The notes below the pieces were generated by a model, which saw nothing but the letters and a program-made list of their open reading frames with translations, was not told the origin of the DNA and searched no databases. From NCBI GenBank assembly GCA_963737155.1, contig CAVTRN010000002.1, positions 2,624,001 to 2,688,000 of the forward strand: a DNA stretch of 64,000 nt, read 5' to 3'. Positions 11,063 through 20,340 of the stretch are shown one piece after another. The number at the start of each line of letters is the position of its first letter. Position 1 is the stretch's first letter. The translations under genes and the position numbers were made by a program. The DNA comes from Nitrospirota bacterium (lineage in GTDB: Bacteria > Nitrospirota > UBA9217).

Positions 11063-11129
11063 GCTTTATCGCTTCCGGAACCAGACAAGATGAAGATGAA
11101 AAACTCTCCCTTTCCTGGACCCTTAATTT

Positions 11130-11796
11130 ATTACTCAACGCTGACTGGGACAAACCTCTTCACAACTATGTTCGAATAAACCCATCTTGGCTTATGAATA
11201 AGCAAAAACCACAAATAATGAAATGCCCCGATTGAATTCAGCCCCCAATGCTGGTAAGTTTGTAACCGACGATGGCGATGAACAAATCGATCAAGAGTTG
11301 ATGGCATGCACGCGACAATGCCGCATCAGCAAAGATCGCATAAGAATTCAGTTTCTTCCCAACTTTTTCTTTTACCTGGATGAGCAGCACATGGACAGGA
11401 TGGCAATGATCGAGATGACAATTCCCCGAAAAGTATTTTACAGCACGTTTCCCCGATATATATCAATCAGGGACGTGAGAATTAATCCAGTCGTAAGAGC
11501 AGAAAAGCCGGCCCAGTTATTCGGAGTCCATGCTGCTCAAATCTGTCCAGTTTTTCAGCGCCTTTCTGTTTGATCCTTTGAACCATCAGTCAGATTCCAA
11601 ATTTCTGAAACCACCTCGACAAATGAGTCGAGTTCAAAACCGAAAAGCAATGCGATCTCATTTTGGGATCCAAACGGTGTCAAAACCAGATCTTCGGCAA
11701 TATTATTAAAAATGGTAACCTAACCTACGCCCAGTCAGATGCCAGGGCATAGAGTATGCGTTTGTCGGATATCAACTTTACCGCAATTGCCGTCAT
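11130..11796 (-). pseudogene. Degraded cation diffusion facilitator (CDF)-like transporter
   Basis: Minus-strand fragments TIFNNIAEDLV, LFGFELDSFVEVVS, DRFEQHGLRITG and KVGKKLNSYAIFADAALSRAC, interrupted by stops and frameshifts. 3' end approximate. Confidence 0.7.
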
Positions 11797-11823
11797 AGAG
11801 GCAGAAACTGCCGTCAGTGTAAC

Positions 11824-11853
11824 TTGACTATATACCATGTTTAAGTATAGTTA
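11824..11853. promoter_or_regulatory. Dyad operator/promoter-like site
   Basis: TTGACT-N16-TATAGT on the + strand, with an imperfect dyad ttgactata...tatagttaa just upstream of the CDF pseudogene. Confidence 0.4.
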
Positions 11854-12345
11854 ATCAACATCAAATGGCGGCGCCGACTTGTTCGTCGTTTCAAGGTAAG
11901 GCTGGCATGAGGCCTTGATTTGGGCAACGTGGCGCCAAGTACCCGATCAGTTCGCATTATCTCAACGCGATGGAGGAATGAAGGTTCGAAAGCATTCTAA
12001 AGGTCCCCAATAGAGGCTATATGTAATCGATATGAAAAACTAACAAAAAAACACTCTTGGACTATTTGGTAAGAAGCGATATCACACATCGATCCTCCAC
12101 CTGATTTGGATTTGGACAGCATCACCTTTCGAAATGGCATAGTCATATTTTAGCCCCTAGTTATTTGGGCTAAAGCGACAGAAGCTTTCCCCGCCCCCTT
12201 CATTTTCCCACTTATCGATTAAACAACTTCCACCAGCGTCAGAGCTACTGAGGAACCAACCTACGGCTTCCGGCCGGAGGGGCCGGTCTTACCTGGTTTT
12301 CTTCGACCTCCCGGCTTCTTAGTACGGCTCTTTTTATTTTGTCGC

Positions 12346-12599
12346 TCACGATCTTACACTGCCGTGCAGTATACAACCGTCAGTAAACTTGATATAGATA
12401 ACCCCGGGGTTCACACATCTGCGCATTGATTTGCGATCATTGCCTCTCCGGGATCGAAAAAGAGATATGTGCAGCCGGGACCAATTAGTATTAGAATGAC
12501 GAGCAGCAGCGATGTTCCGACAGGAGAACCTCATGGGCGTAAAATCAGTAACGCAAGCCCCAATCTCCTTTCTTGAAAACCTTGATTTGCCGTATTCAT
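12346..12599 (-). pseudogene. N-terminal remnant of an alpha/beta-hydrolase lipoprotein
   Basis: Fragments LLLVILILIGPGCTYLFFDP and VIYIKFTDGCILHG lie in different frames with stops. Confidence 0.4.
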
Positions 12600-12616
12600 C
12601 TTTCGTTTCCTCGTTA

Positions 12617-13060
12617 CTATTCCCGCGAATCGAGCCATATGGTCACCGGTCCGTCATTAATCAGGTATACAGCCATCATTGCCGAGAACACACCGGTCTG
12701 GACAGGAATACCAGTATCCTTCAGGCGTCTGATAAACTCATCGTATAAGCCCTTCGCGCGATCTGACACCTCGGCATTATCGAAAGATGGACGGTTCCCC
12801 TTTCGCGCTTCAGCTGCAAGAGTGAACTGCGATAGCACGAGCGCGGCGCCATGAATATCCATGAGCGACCAATTCATCTTGCCCTGGTCATCCTCGAAGA
12901 TCCTGAGCTGGGAAACCTTTTTTACCAGGTAGTCGAGATCCTTATCCCTATCACCTTTCATTGCACAAAGGAACACAACCAACCCCTTATCTATCTTGCC
13001 GGCAACTTGCCCGCCTACCTCGACGCTAGCTGATATAACCCGCTGAAGCAGCGCTATCAT
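12617..13060 (-). CDS. dtd: D-aminoacyl-tRNA deacylase
   Basis: LQRV, LRIFEDDQGKMN, SQFTL, GNRPSF, NDGPVT motifs. Confidence 0.97.
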   Translation of the reverse strand: MIALLQRVISASVEVGGQVAGKIDKGLVVFLCAMKGDRDKDLDYLVKKVSQLRIFEDDQGKMNWSLMDIHGAALVLSQFTLAAEARKGNRPSFDNAEVSDRAKGLYDEFIRRLKDTGIPVQTGVFSAMMAVYLINDGPVTIWLDSRE

Positions 13061-13158
13061 GATCCAATTCTTAGCACGTTATTATCGAGGCTGTCAATGC
13101 CTTTCCGCACAAATTCCTTGCAATCCTCCATGCAAGGGCTTAAAATTCATTCTCTCGG

Positions 13159-14253
13159 ATGGGCAGGTACATCATAACCATGATAACGGATACTTCGCAA
13201 GCAACAATCGACCTCAAATCGCTCACACCTCGCGCAATTGACCGATTCTGCTGCGATAAATTAGGACAAAAACCGGGGCAGGGAACCCGTGTGGCAGTCT
13301 GGCTGTACCGAAAAAAAGAGGAAGCTTTTGACGCGATGGAGGACCTGAACAAACCGTTTCGTGAACAGCTCAAACGGCATAGCACGATTTCACAGCTCTC
13401 TATTGAGCAGCATCAGACGTCAGAAGACGGTACGGAAAAACTGCTCTATCGTTTCAATGACGGCAATGCGGTGGAGGGGGTCCTCATCCCCGGTCCAGCA
13501 GGCCGTCTAACGCTCTGCGTTTCGTCGCAGGTGGGCTGCGCATCTGGCTGCCATTTTTGCCTTGCTGGTTCCGGCGGACTCGTGAGAAACCTTACCGTCT
13601 CGGAGCTCGTGAACCAAGTTTTCGCAGCGCAAAAAAACGCATACGGAAAAACAATCTCGAATATTGTTTTGATGGGGACCGGCGAGCCGCTGGCCAACTA
13701 TGAGGTGGTCAAGTCTTTTATTGAAATCGTCACGGACCGGAACGGGATGGGCTTCTCACCGAGAAAGGTAACGATCTCGACGTGCGGCCTCGCACCGATG
13801 ATTGAGAAGCTTGCAGACGATAAAGTTGATGTCAGCCTCGCTGTTTCGCTTCATGCAACGACTGACGAGGTGAGGAACCGCATCATGCCAGTGAACAAAA
13901 CCTACCCCCTTGCCCGGCTCCTACGGTCTGTGCACTACTACTGTGATAAAACGGCCAGAACCGCGACGATTGAGTATGTGCTGTTCAAGGGGATTAACGA
14001 TTCACCTGATGATACAAAGCGTCTCATGGAACTGCTGAAAGACCTACCCTGTATGATAAATGTTCTTCTCTTCAATCCATTCCCCGGCTGTTCCTACCAA
14101 CGGCCCGATGAACAAAGCGCCTTCGTCATGCGCGACATGCTTGTGAATAACGGTTATGTAACTGTAGTCAGGAACAGCCGCGGCCGGGACATTCATGCAG
14201 CCTGCGGGCAGCTTAGGGCAACCGCTACCCGCGCTATGCAAAACATGGCTTAG
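13159..14253 (+). CDS. rlmN: Dual-specificity RNA methyltransferase RlmN (radical SAM)
   Basis: CVSSQVGCASGCHFC, MGTGEP, SLHA, EYVL, AACGQL; true start may be a few codons downstream. Confidence 0.9.
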   Translation: MGRYIITMITDTSQATIDLKSLTPRAIDRFCCDKLGQKPGQGTRVAVWLYRKKEEAFDAMEDLNKPFREQLKRHSTISQLSIEQHQTSEDGTEKLLYRFNDGNAVEGVLIPGPAGRLTLCVSSQVGCASGCHFCLAGSGGLVRNLTVSELVNQVFAAQKNAYGKTISNIVLMGTGEPLANYEVVKSFIEIVTDRNGMGFSPRKVTISTCGLAPMIEKLADDKVDVSLAVSLHATTDEVRNRIMPVNKTYPLARLLRSVHYYCDKTARTATIEYVLFKGINDSPDDTKRLMELLKDLPCMINVLLFNPFPGCSYQRPDEQSAFVMRDMLVNNGYVTVVRNSRGRDIHAACGQLRATATRAMQNMA

Positions 14254-14678
14254 TATTCCTCTGCATGTTACACCTAGCTTTTTTTCTGTTCCAAAGAAAA
14301 TGATCAGGTGGAAAAAGCAGTTCATGTCAAGTAAGATTGACATTAAAGCCGCTTCAGGATTCAGTTTAGGTAGCCACTCGATATAGAGTCATCCTTCTGA
14401 GACCTTATTATAGATTAACCCATTGAGATTGCATGCTTTTTATCCTTAACTACCTGCTTTAGCGACTCATATCCTCAGCTGTTTTGGGGCTACCTACAAT
14501 CATTACGGTAGGACCGCATTAAATAAGAAAAAGCATGGCTCGGTTTTAGAACGAATTTGTAATTAGTAAATCGTATTTTTCGCGCACGATAATACCATCC
14601 CCCGTCAAAATACTTTGGACCCGATTATAATAATCATGACTGACGTCAGCGGAAACAAACATAAATTTAATTCAGATT

Positions 14679-14707
14679 TTGACAAACTGCGAAAAATAAG
14701 TAATAAT
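14679..14707 (+). promoter_or_regulatory. Sigma70-like promoter upstream of phoB
   Basis: TTGACA-N17-AATAAT. Confidence 0.45.
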
Positions 14708-14752
14708 AGATTGGTTCCGTATCTACTGCCACACCATCGTTAAAGAGGATCG

Positions 14753-15457
14753 ATGAGTCCTGCAGGCGCACAAACCATCCGCATTCTCGTTGTTGATGAC
14801 GAACCCGATCTCGTTGAGCTTGTAACATACAACCTCACGCGTGAAGGGCTAAGAGTCTCTTCAGCGCCAGATGCTGAAGAAGCTCTGGATATGATCAAAA
14901 AGGTCGATTTCAGCCTCATCATTCTCGATCGTATGCTTCCCGGCCTCCAGGGGACCGAACTCTGCCGCATCATCAGAAGCAACCCGAAAACGGCATCCAT
15001 CCCAATAATCATGTTAACCGCCAAGGGTGAGGTGGCCGACAAAATTCAAGGTCTCGAAACAGGCGCCGATGATTATATGACTAAACCGTTTAGCCCAAAG
15101 GAGCTCATCGCGCGCGTGAATGCCGTGCTTCGGAGGAGCTCAGACAAGACAACTCGGGAAAATATCATCACCCTCGGGAACCTCCGCATCGACAGGGAGC
15201 GGTATGTTGTTCTCAAAAACAATGTCCCGCTGAACCTCAGTTCGACCGAGTTCAAACTCCTGCTCTATCTTGTTGAACGGAGAGGCAGGGTTTTCAGCCG
15301 GGACCAACTGCTCGACGCAATATGGCAAAACGACACCTTCGTGGAGCCTAGGACAGTCGACGTCCACGTCCGGAGGCTTAGGACACAGATTGAGGACAAC
15401 CCATCAAATCCCACGTACATCAAAACCCGAAGAGGCGTGGGCTATTATGTCGGGTAA
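14753..15457 (+). CDS. phoB: PhoB-like OmpR-family response regulator (copy 1)
   Basis: VVDDE, LDRMLP, GADDYMTKPFSPKEL, SRDQLLD, RTVDVHVRRLR; adjacent to a PhoR-like kinase. Confidence 0.85.
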   Translation: MSPAGAQTIRILVVDDEPDLVELVTYNLTREGLRVSSAPDAEEALDMIKKVDFSLIILDRMLPGLQGTELCRIIRSNPKTASIPIIMLTAKGEVADKIQGLETGADDYMTKPFSPKELIARVNAVLRRSSDKTTRENIITLGNLRIDRERYVVLKNNVPLNLSSTEFKLLLYLVERRGRVFSRDQLLDAIWQNDTFVEPRTVDVHVRRLRTQIEDNPSNPTYIKTRRGVGYYVG

Positions 15458-17207
15458 TCACGCAGAAAACCGCGGCATTTTCAAACGCACATTTATTATC
15501 TACGCTGCTATCCTGCTTCTGGCGGCGATTGCCGTCGAACTGTATATCCCTGATGCGGTCGGTGATAGTTATATTGCCGATCTCCAGAAAAATCTTGTAG
15601 CAGAAGCCAGGCTTATGTCAATCATGCAGCCGTTCAAGGCAACTCCACCACTCGACAATCTCTGCCGTCAATACAAGGAAAAAACAGGTGCAAGGACAAC
15701 AATAATAGCATTTGATGGAAAGGTTCTCGGCGACTCGGACACTGATTCAACCGGCATGGACAACCATGAGCATCGTCAGGAGATTCAGCAGGCAGGACTG
15801 AACGAAACGGGATCGGCTATCCGATTCAGCGACACGCTGAAGCATAATTCTCTATATGTGGCGCTGAAGGTCATGAACGGAAAACAACCGCAGGGCTTCA
15901 TCCGCCTGAGCGTGCCACTCACGGAAGTCGACCGGACCGTTAACCTGCTCAGGGTCAAGATCATCATCGTTTTACTGGTGGTCCTGCTAATGGCAGCCCT
16001 CTTTTCATTCCGGCAGTTAAATCGCGTCAGGAGATTAACAGACCGTATACAAGACTTTACCCGCAATGTCACCCGCGGAGAACTGGGGAAAAAATTTTTT
16101 ATAGAAAGCGCCGGAGAATTTGATGAGATCGCCGATAGCCTAAACAACATGTCCACTGAGCTGCTCAACAGCATCGCCGACAGCGAAGAGGAAAAAAACC
16201 GGCTCAATGTCATTCTCCGAAGCATCCCTGATGCGCTCTTCATCATCGATGCGAAAGGCGTCATTCTCATGGCGAGTTCGGCCGCAAACGATATGTTCGG
16301 AAGTCTCACATTTACGGGCAGGCCGTTCATCGAAGTGGTACGAAATAACGAATTTTTTTCACTGATCGAGCAGGTTCGCGAGCGCCACGAACCAGGGGTG
16401 ACTGAGTTTCCGATCGAGTATCCGGAAGAGCGGTACTGCGTCGTCAGGGTATCGCCGCTTATGTATCGCCGCGAAGACGTCCTGTCCGGCTTTGTGGCCA
16501 TCTTCCACGACATCACTCAATTGAACAAGCTAGAACAGACACGCAAGGATTTCGTCGCCAACATATCTCATGAGCTCAAAACACCGATTACCGCCATCAC
16601 AGGATTCGCGGAAACCCTGCTGGAAGGAGCGCTTGACGACAAACAGCATGCCATAAAATTCCTACAGACCATCAAGGCGAACAGCGAGCGAATTAATGGC
16701 CTCGTAGACGATCTCATGATGATTTCGAAAATCGAATTGGGCGTTATCAAAGTTATGAAAACGTCGGTCCGGTTCGCAGAAGTGGCCGAGAGCGTTCTGG
16801 CCATACTGAAAAACAAGGCCGTGGAAAAGAAACTATCGCTGACAATGTCGGTACAGCAGAACAGGGAGGTCATCCAAGCGGACCGGGATCGGCTTACTCA
16901 GATACTAACCAATCTTGTGGATAACGGGATCAAGTTTACCGAGCGTGGCGGCATCATATTTGGCACCGAAGAGGAGAACGGCAAGACCGTTATTTTCGTG
17001 GCCGACACCGGCATCGGCGTGCCACAGAAAAACCTGCCCCGACTTGGCGAACGGTTCTATCGCGTAGACGCCGGCCGTTCGCGGAACATGGGTGGCACCG
17101 GCCTCGGCCTCGCCATCGTCAAACATCTGGTGAAGGCGCATGGATGGGACTTACAGATCGAGAACAATACAGGGAAAGGGTTAAAGGTCAGGATTATCAT
17201 CCCGTGA
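15447..17207 (+). CDS. phoR: PhoR-like sensor histidine kinase (TM-sensor-TM-HAMP-PAS-HisKA-HATPase)
   Basis: DFVANISHELKTPIT H-box, NLVDNGIKFT, ERFYRVD, GGTGLGLAIVKH; start uncertain. Confidence 0.85.
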   Translation: MSGNHAENRGIFKRTFIIYAAILLLAAIAVELYIPDAVGDSYIADLQKNLVAEARLMSIMQPFKATPPLDNLCRQYKEKTGARTTIIAFDGKVLGDSDTDSTGMDNHEHRQEIQQAGLNETGSAIRFSDTLKHNSLYVALKVMNGKQPQGFIRLSVPLTEVDRTVNLLRVKIIIVLLVVLLMAALFSFRQLNRVRRLTDRIQDFTRNVTRGELGKKFFIESAGEFDEIADSLNNMSTELLNSIADSEEEKNRLNVILRSIPDALFIIDAKGVILMASSAANDMFGSLTFTGRPFIEVVRNNEFFSLIEQVRERHEPGVTEFPIEYPEERYCVVRVSPLMYRREDVLSGFVAIFHDITQLNKLEQTRKDFVANISHELKTPITAITGFAETLLEGALDDKQHAIKFLQTIKANSERINGLVDDLMMISKIELGVIKVMKTSVRFAEVAESVLAILKNKAVEKKLSLTMSVQQNREVIQADRDRLTQILTNLVDNGIKFTERGGIIFGTEEENGKTVIFVADTGIGVPQKNLPRLGERFYRVDAGRSRNMGGTGLGLAIVKHLVKAHGWDLQIENNTGKGLKVRIIIP

Positions 17208-17689
17208 GGCGACGCTTCGCAGTGTGGCTGTGCGACATTCGCATCTATCGTGTTATCAATTTCGTCGTTTCGGGCTTAAGTCTGGGTCCCCCAATATGCT
17301 GATATATGCTGCTTTCACACTGAAAGGGATAACTAACCGATTATAAAAAGTTTTCAATCCCTTAGGCAGTGGGTCATAAACTTGAGACGGCAGAGAGAAT
17401 TCATTTGGCGCGGTTCTCTCCTACCGATCACCTTCAATCCGTTGCACGGCTTCTGAATATGTCCGGACCGGTCGGGATGCCGCGATAAAGTATTCCTGCC
17501 CAGTTCCATGAACAACATGAACAAGCAGAATCATTCATGCACCAGAAAAGATGCTGCCAACAGGTCGGTTCTCATCAGGTTCATGCGAGCCATCATATCA
17601 GGATTCCTGGCACATCCTGGCCTAAATCTGCAGAACATCGCGCGAACAAGTTGTAATTCCGTAGTAGAAGTGCTTTTTCATCTCAGTGT

Positions 17690-18259
17690 TTAAATCCACT
17701 TTATCTTCGGTTCCTTCTTGGCAGGACGCTGCGTCTCGCCTTTGGGATAACCAAGCAGAATGGGGCCGAAGATCGCGTCCCCTTCCTTTAATTCAAGGAG
17801 TCTCCGCACCTCCGGATCATCAGTCACCATAGCGCCAAAACCGACCCAGCAACTACCTAAACCCAGTGAATGCGCGGCAAGCATCATGTTTTCACATGCC
17901 AGAGGGCAGGAATGGCCCGCATACCTCCCGTCGCCAACGACGAAGACAATCGTGGGAGCGGAGTAATACACGGGATCCGGCAGCTCAGCATAGCGCTTTT
18001 TGATCATGGCATAGCGCTCCGGATCGACATCTTTCACTGCTTCCGTGATTTTTTTCGCTTGCGGCAGGGCAGCGCTGAGAAGCTTCCTCTTCGCCCCTTC
18101 GCCCTCCACCACGACGAACCTCCAAGGTTGGCTGTTCATAGCTGAGGGCGCCTCGTTTCCAGCCTCAAGAACTGTGTTCAGAATATCCCTTGAAATCTTC
18201 CGCACGTCATAGGACCGCACGGATCGCCTTTTTCTTATTGCTTCCAATACATCGTTCAT
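17690..18259 (-). CDS. Nitroreductase-family flavoprotein
   Basis: RRSVRSY, APSAMNSQPWRFVVV, ENMMLAAHSLGLGSCW. Confidence 0.93.
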   Translation of the reverse strand: MNDVLEAIRKRRSVRSYDVRKISRDILNTVLEAGNEAPSAMNSQPWRFVVVEGEGAKRKLLSAALPQAKKITEAVKDVDPERYAMIKKRYAELPDPVYYSAPTIVFVVGDGRYAGHSCPLACENMMLAAHSLGLGSCWVGFGAMVTDDPEVRRLLELKEGDAIFGPILLGYPKGETQRPAKKEPKIKWI

Positions 18260-18573
18260 GGCTTTCTCCTCCTTGCAGGACAGACATTATCGCGGCATTT
18301 ATTATTGATCCTACACTTTGCTAAAATTGTACCCATTATTTGAAAGTTGTCAATGGCTCAAAAAGGATGGTGCTGCGGATGGTGCATCAATCCCGTGATA
18401 AATAGCCACTGTTCCCGAAGCTTTAGATGGAAAGTACTACCATTGGTGTTGAGCATATCACGCTGGTGATCATTTGTCCACTAATTTGCAATAAAATCTC
18501 CTTCGATTGCTTCGCGACCGGTATGTCTTATCGCGCCCTGAAGAGACCGAGCTTTACGGCACAAGAGAACAGA

Positions 18574-18613
18574 TGTAACACAACTGTAACAATTCCGTAA
18601 CACTATTTTAATA
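18574..18613 (+). promoter_or_regulatory. Pho-box-like array (4 repeats)
   Basis: TGTAACA, TGTAACA, CGTAACA, TTTAATA at 18574/18585/18596/18607 (11-bp period), then TATGAT at 18623. Confidence 0.8.
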
Positions 18614-18646
18614 ATTTGAATTTATGATAATGATGTATTAAGAAAG

Positions 18647-18964
18647 GTGTCACAGGGGATGGTAACTTCAGATGAACTCAGGTGCCCGGTGTGCCGCTCG
18701 GAAGCGGTATATAAGTATGGCCACATCAAAACTGGGAAGCAGCGACTCAAATGCGTGCTTTGCGGAAGACAGTTTGTTCTCGGCTTTGCGCGAGGCGAAT
18801 TGAAAAATCGTCCTAACTGTCCTCAGTGCGGCCTGAAAATGCACCTGTATATGCACGACAAACAAGGGTTGCGATTCAGGTGCTCGGATTACCCTGCATG
18901 CAAAACCTATGAAAAAATTCCACACGAAAAGGAGGCAACGAATCATGAATTGTTATGTTCATAA
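18647..18964 (+). CDS. Tandem zinc-ribbon protein (IS1 InsA-like finger plus topoisomerase-C4-like finger), copy 1
   Basis: CPVC...YKYG...GKQRLKCVLCGRQF, then CPQC...RFRCSDYPACKTY; paralog at 32111. Confidence 0.8.
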   Translation: MSQGMVTSDELRCPVCRSEAVYKYGHIKTGKQRLKCVLCGRQFVLGFARGELKNRPNCPQCGLKMHLYMHDKQGLRFRCSDYPACKTYEKIPHEKEATNHELLCS

Positions 18965-19316
18965 TGTCCCCGGAAGGTTGCGGATCAAAAATTCGTTGTT
19001 TAAGAATAGCGCCATACATTATGAGGTTCAAAAAACTCTCGTGAATATGGGCCATGGAATAGGTACGGCCGAATTCAATTCCACGACTGGCAGTCTTCTG
19101 ATTCATTATAATCAAGCGGAAATCCGGCACCAGGACATCCTGAGTACTCTCGAGCGGACCGGTTTTTATCATCCTGAGAAAACCGTGACCAACGATCAGG
19201 TGATTCATCAGGCAACCGCAAAGGCATTCAACATCGTCACCAAGGCGGTTACCGGCGCTTTTATCGAAACCGCGCTGCAGGGAACGGGGTTATCGTTCCT
19301 GGCAATATTATTGTAA
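18945..19316 (+). CDS. HMA2-domain protein with C-terminal hydrophobic tail
   Basis: VHNVPGRLRIK...NSTTGSLLIHY; SD ggagg before MNCYVH. Confidence 0.85.
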   Translation: MNCYVHNVPGRLRIKNSLFKNSAIHYEVQKTLVNMGHGIGTAEFNSTTGSLLIHYNQAEIRHQDILSTLERTGFYHPEKTVTNDQVIHQATAKAFNIVTKAVTGAFIETALQGTGLSFLAILL

Positions 19317-19567
19317 CGGCCTATCCGGCCATTGTTTTCCCCGCCTTTTCAAGGAAGCGGCAGTGTTGCTGCCATTTCCTATCCTTTCCCTCTCAAACAA
19401 TAATCCAGAGAATTCAGAGATACATGCCGTCCTCTAAGACCGTAAAAACGTCAGGTCCTTTGATTGTTACTGATGATAATAGTTCACCTCGATCTTGCGT
19501 TTCTCTTTTTTTAAGAAATGCGTTAAGTGTCTCGACCCGCATCCGGCGCCGTTTGTGGATCACATAC

Positions 19568-20338
19568 TCATCCAACTTTGACAGCAAGATAATCGTAGAG
19601 CGGACGCTGAGGATCGTATATCATCGTGGACCGGTATACAAACCAATAGCCCAACCTCTCAAATGATGATTGTTGTTTCAGGAGATGAGAAACGCCAACA
19701 TCATTTTCCAGGGCCGAGGACAATTCCGAATTTGGCGAGAGCACAATCGGCGGTTGACCCGGTTGGCTCACGATGAGCACAGGAACAATCTGCAGGCCGG
19801 CAGGCGCGAAACCGGCCGCCGCCTGCCGTGCTTCCAGACGCACCATTCGCGCACGTGCTTCCGGCATCCCCGCCTCAATCGCCGTAGACACCCAATCCAG
19901 CAGGCGATTGCGCACATCGGCGATATCATCCGCGCCCGAAATCGCCTGGATACCTTCTTCTTTTTTAATGGCCGATACTAGCGCGGAGACCTCCTTGAGA
20001 TAAGCCACTTTTTGGGAATCAGGCACATAGTACATGACCACCAGGTGAACTTTTTGATCGTCGGGCGAACCATAATCGATCCCTGTAGGGCTCCAACCCA
20101 CCGCGCACCATAATTCTCCCACTCCGGCGGCACGCGTATGCGGGCAGGCCACTCCCAAACCGACCCCGGTGTTTCCCTCTCGCTCTCGAACCAGCACGTC
20201 CTCATCAACCTGAAGATGCCCCCCCAATTCTGGGATACCCTCGATGAGATGCGCAAGGTATCGCAATGATTTTTCTTTATCGCTGTCGGGAAGTTCCACG
20301 AGCCTGCCGTCCTTGAGCGCCGTCAAAAGACTTTTCAT
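19568..20338 (-). CDS. PTS EIIA (fructose/nitrogen-type) domain protein with C-terminal extension
   Basis: REREGNTGVGLGVACPH (phospho-His), GIDYGSPDDQKVHLV; 2 bp downstream of mgtA. Confidence 0.85.
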   Translation of the reverse strand: MKSLLTALKDGRLVELPDSDKEKSLRYLAHLIEGIPELGGHLQVDEDVLVREREGNTGVGLGVACPHTRAAGVGELWCAVGWSPTGIDYGSPDDQKVHLVVMYYVPDSQKVAYLKEVSALVSAIKKEEGIQAISGADDIADVRNRLLDWVSTAIEAGMPEARARMVRLEARQAAAGFAPAGLQIVPVLIVSQPGQPPIVLSPNSELSSALENDVGVSHLLKQQSSFERLGYWFVYRSTMIYDPQRPLYDYLAVKVG

Positions 20339-20340
20339 GC

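Noticed and set aside
7205-12599. Stop-codon recoding (Sec/Pyl) explaining in-frame stops in the broken genes
   Set aside because: Stops are of mixed types and come with frameshifts and motif decay, which fits pseudogenisation.
18647-18964. IS1 insertion sequence (also at 32111)
   Set aside because: Only the zinc finger resembles InsA; there is no InsB/DDE domain and no terminal inverted repeats.
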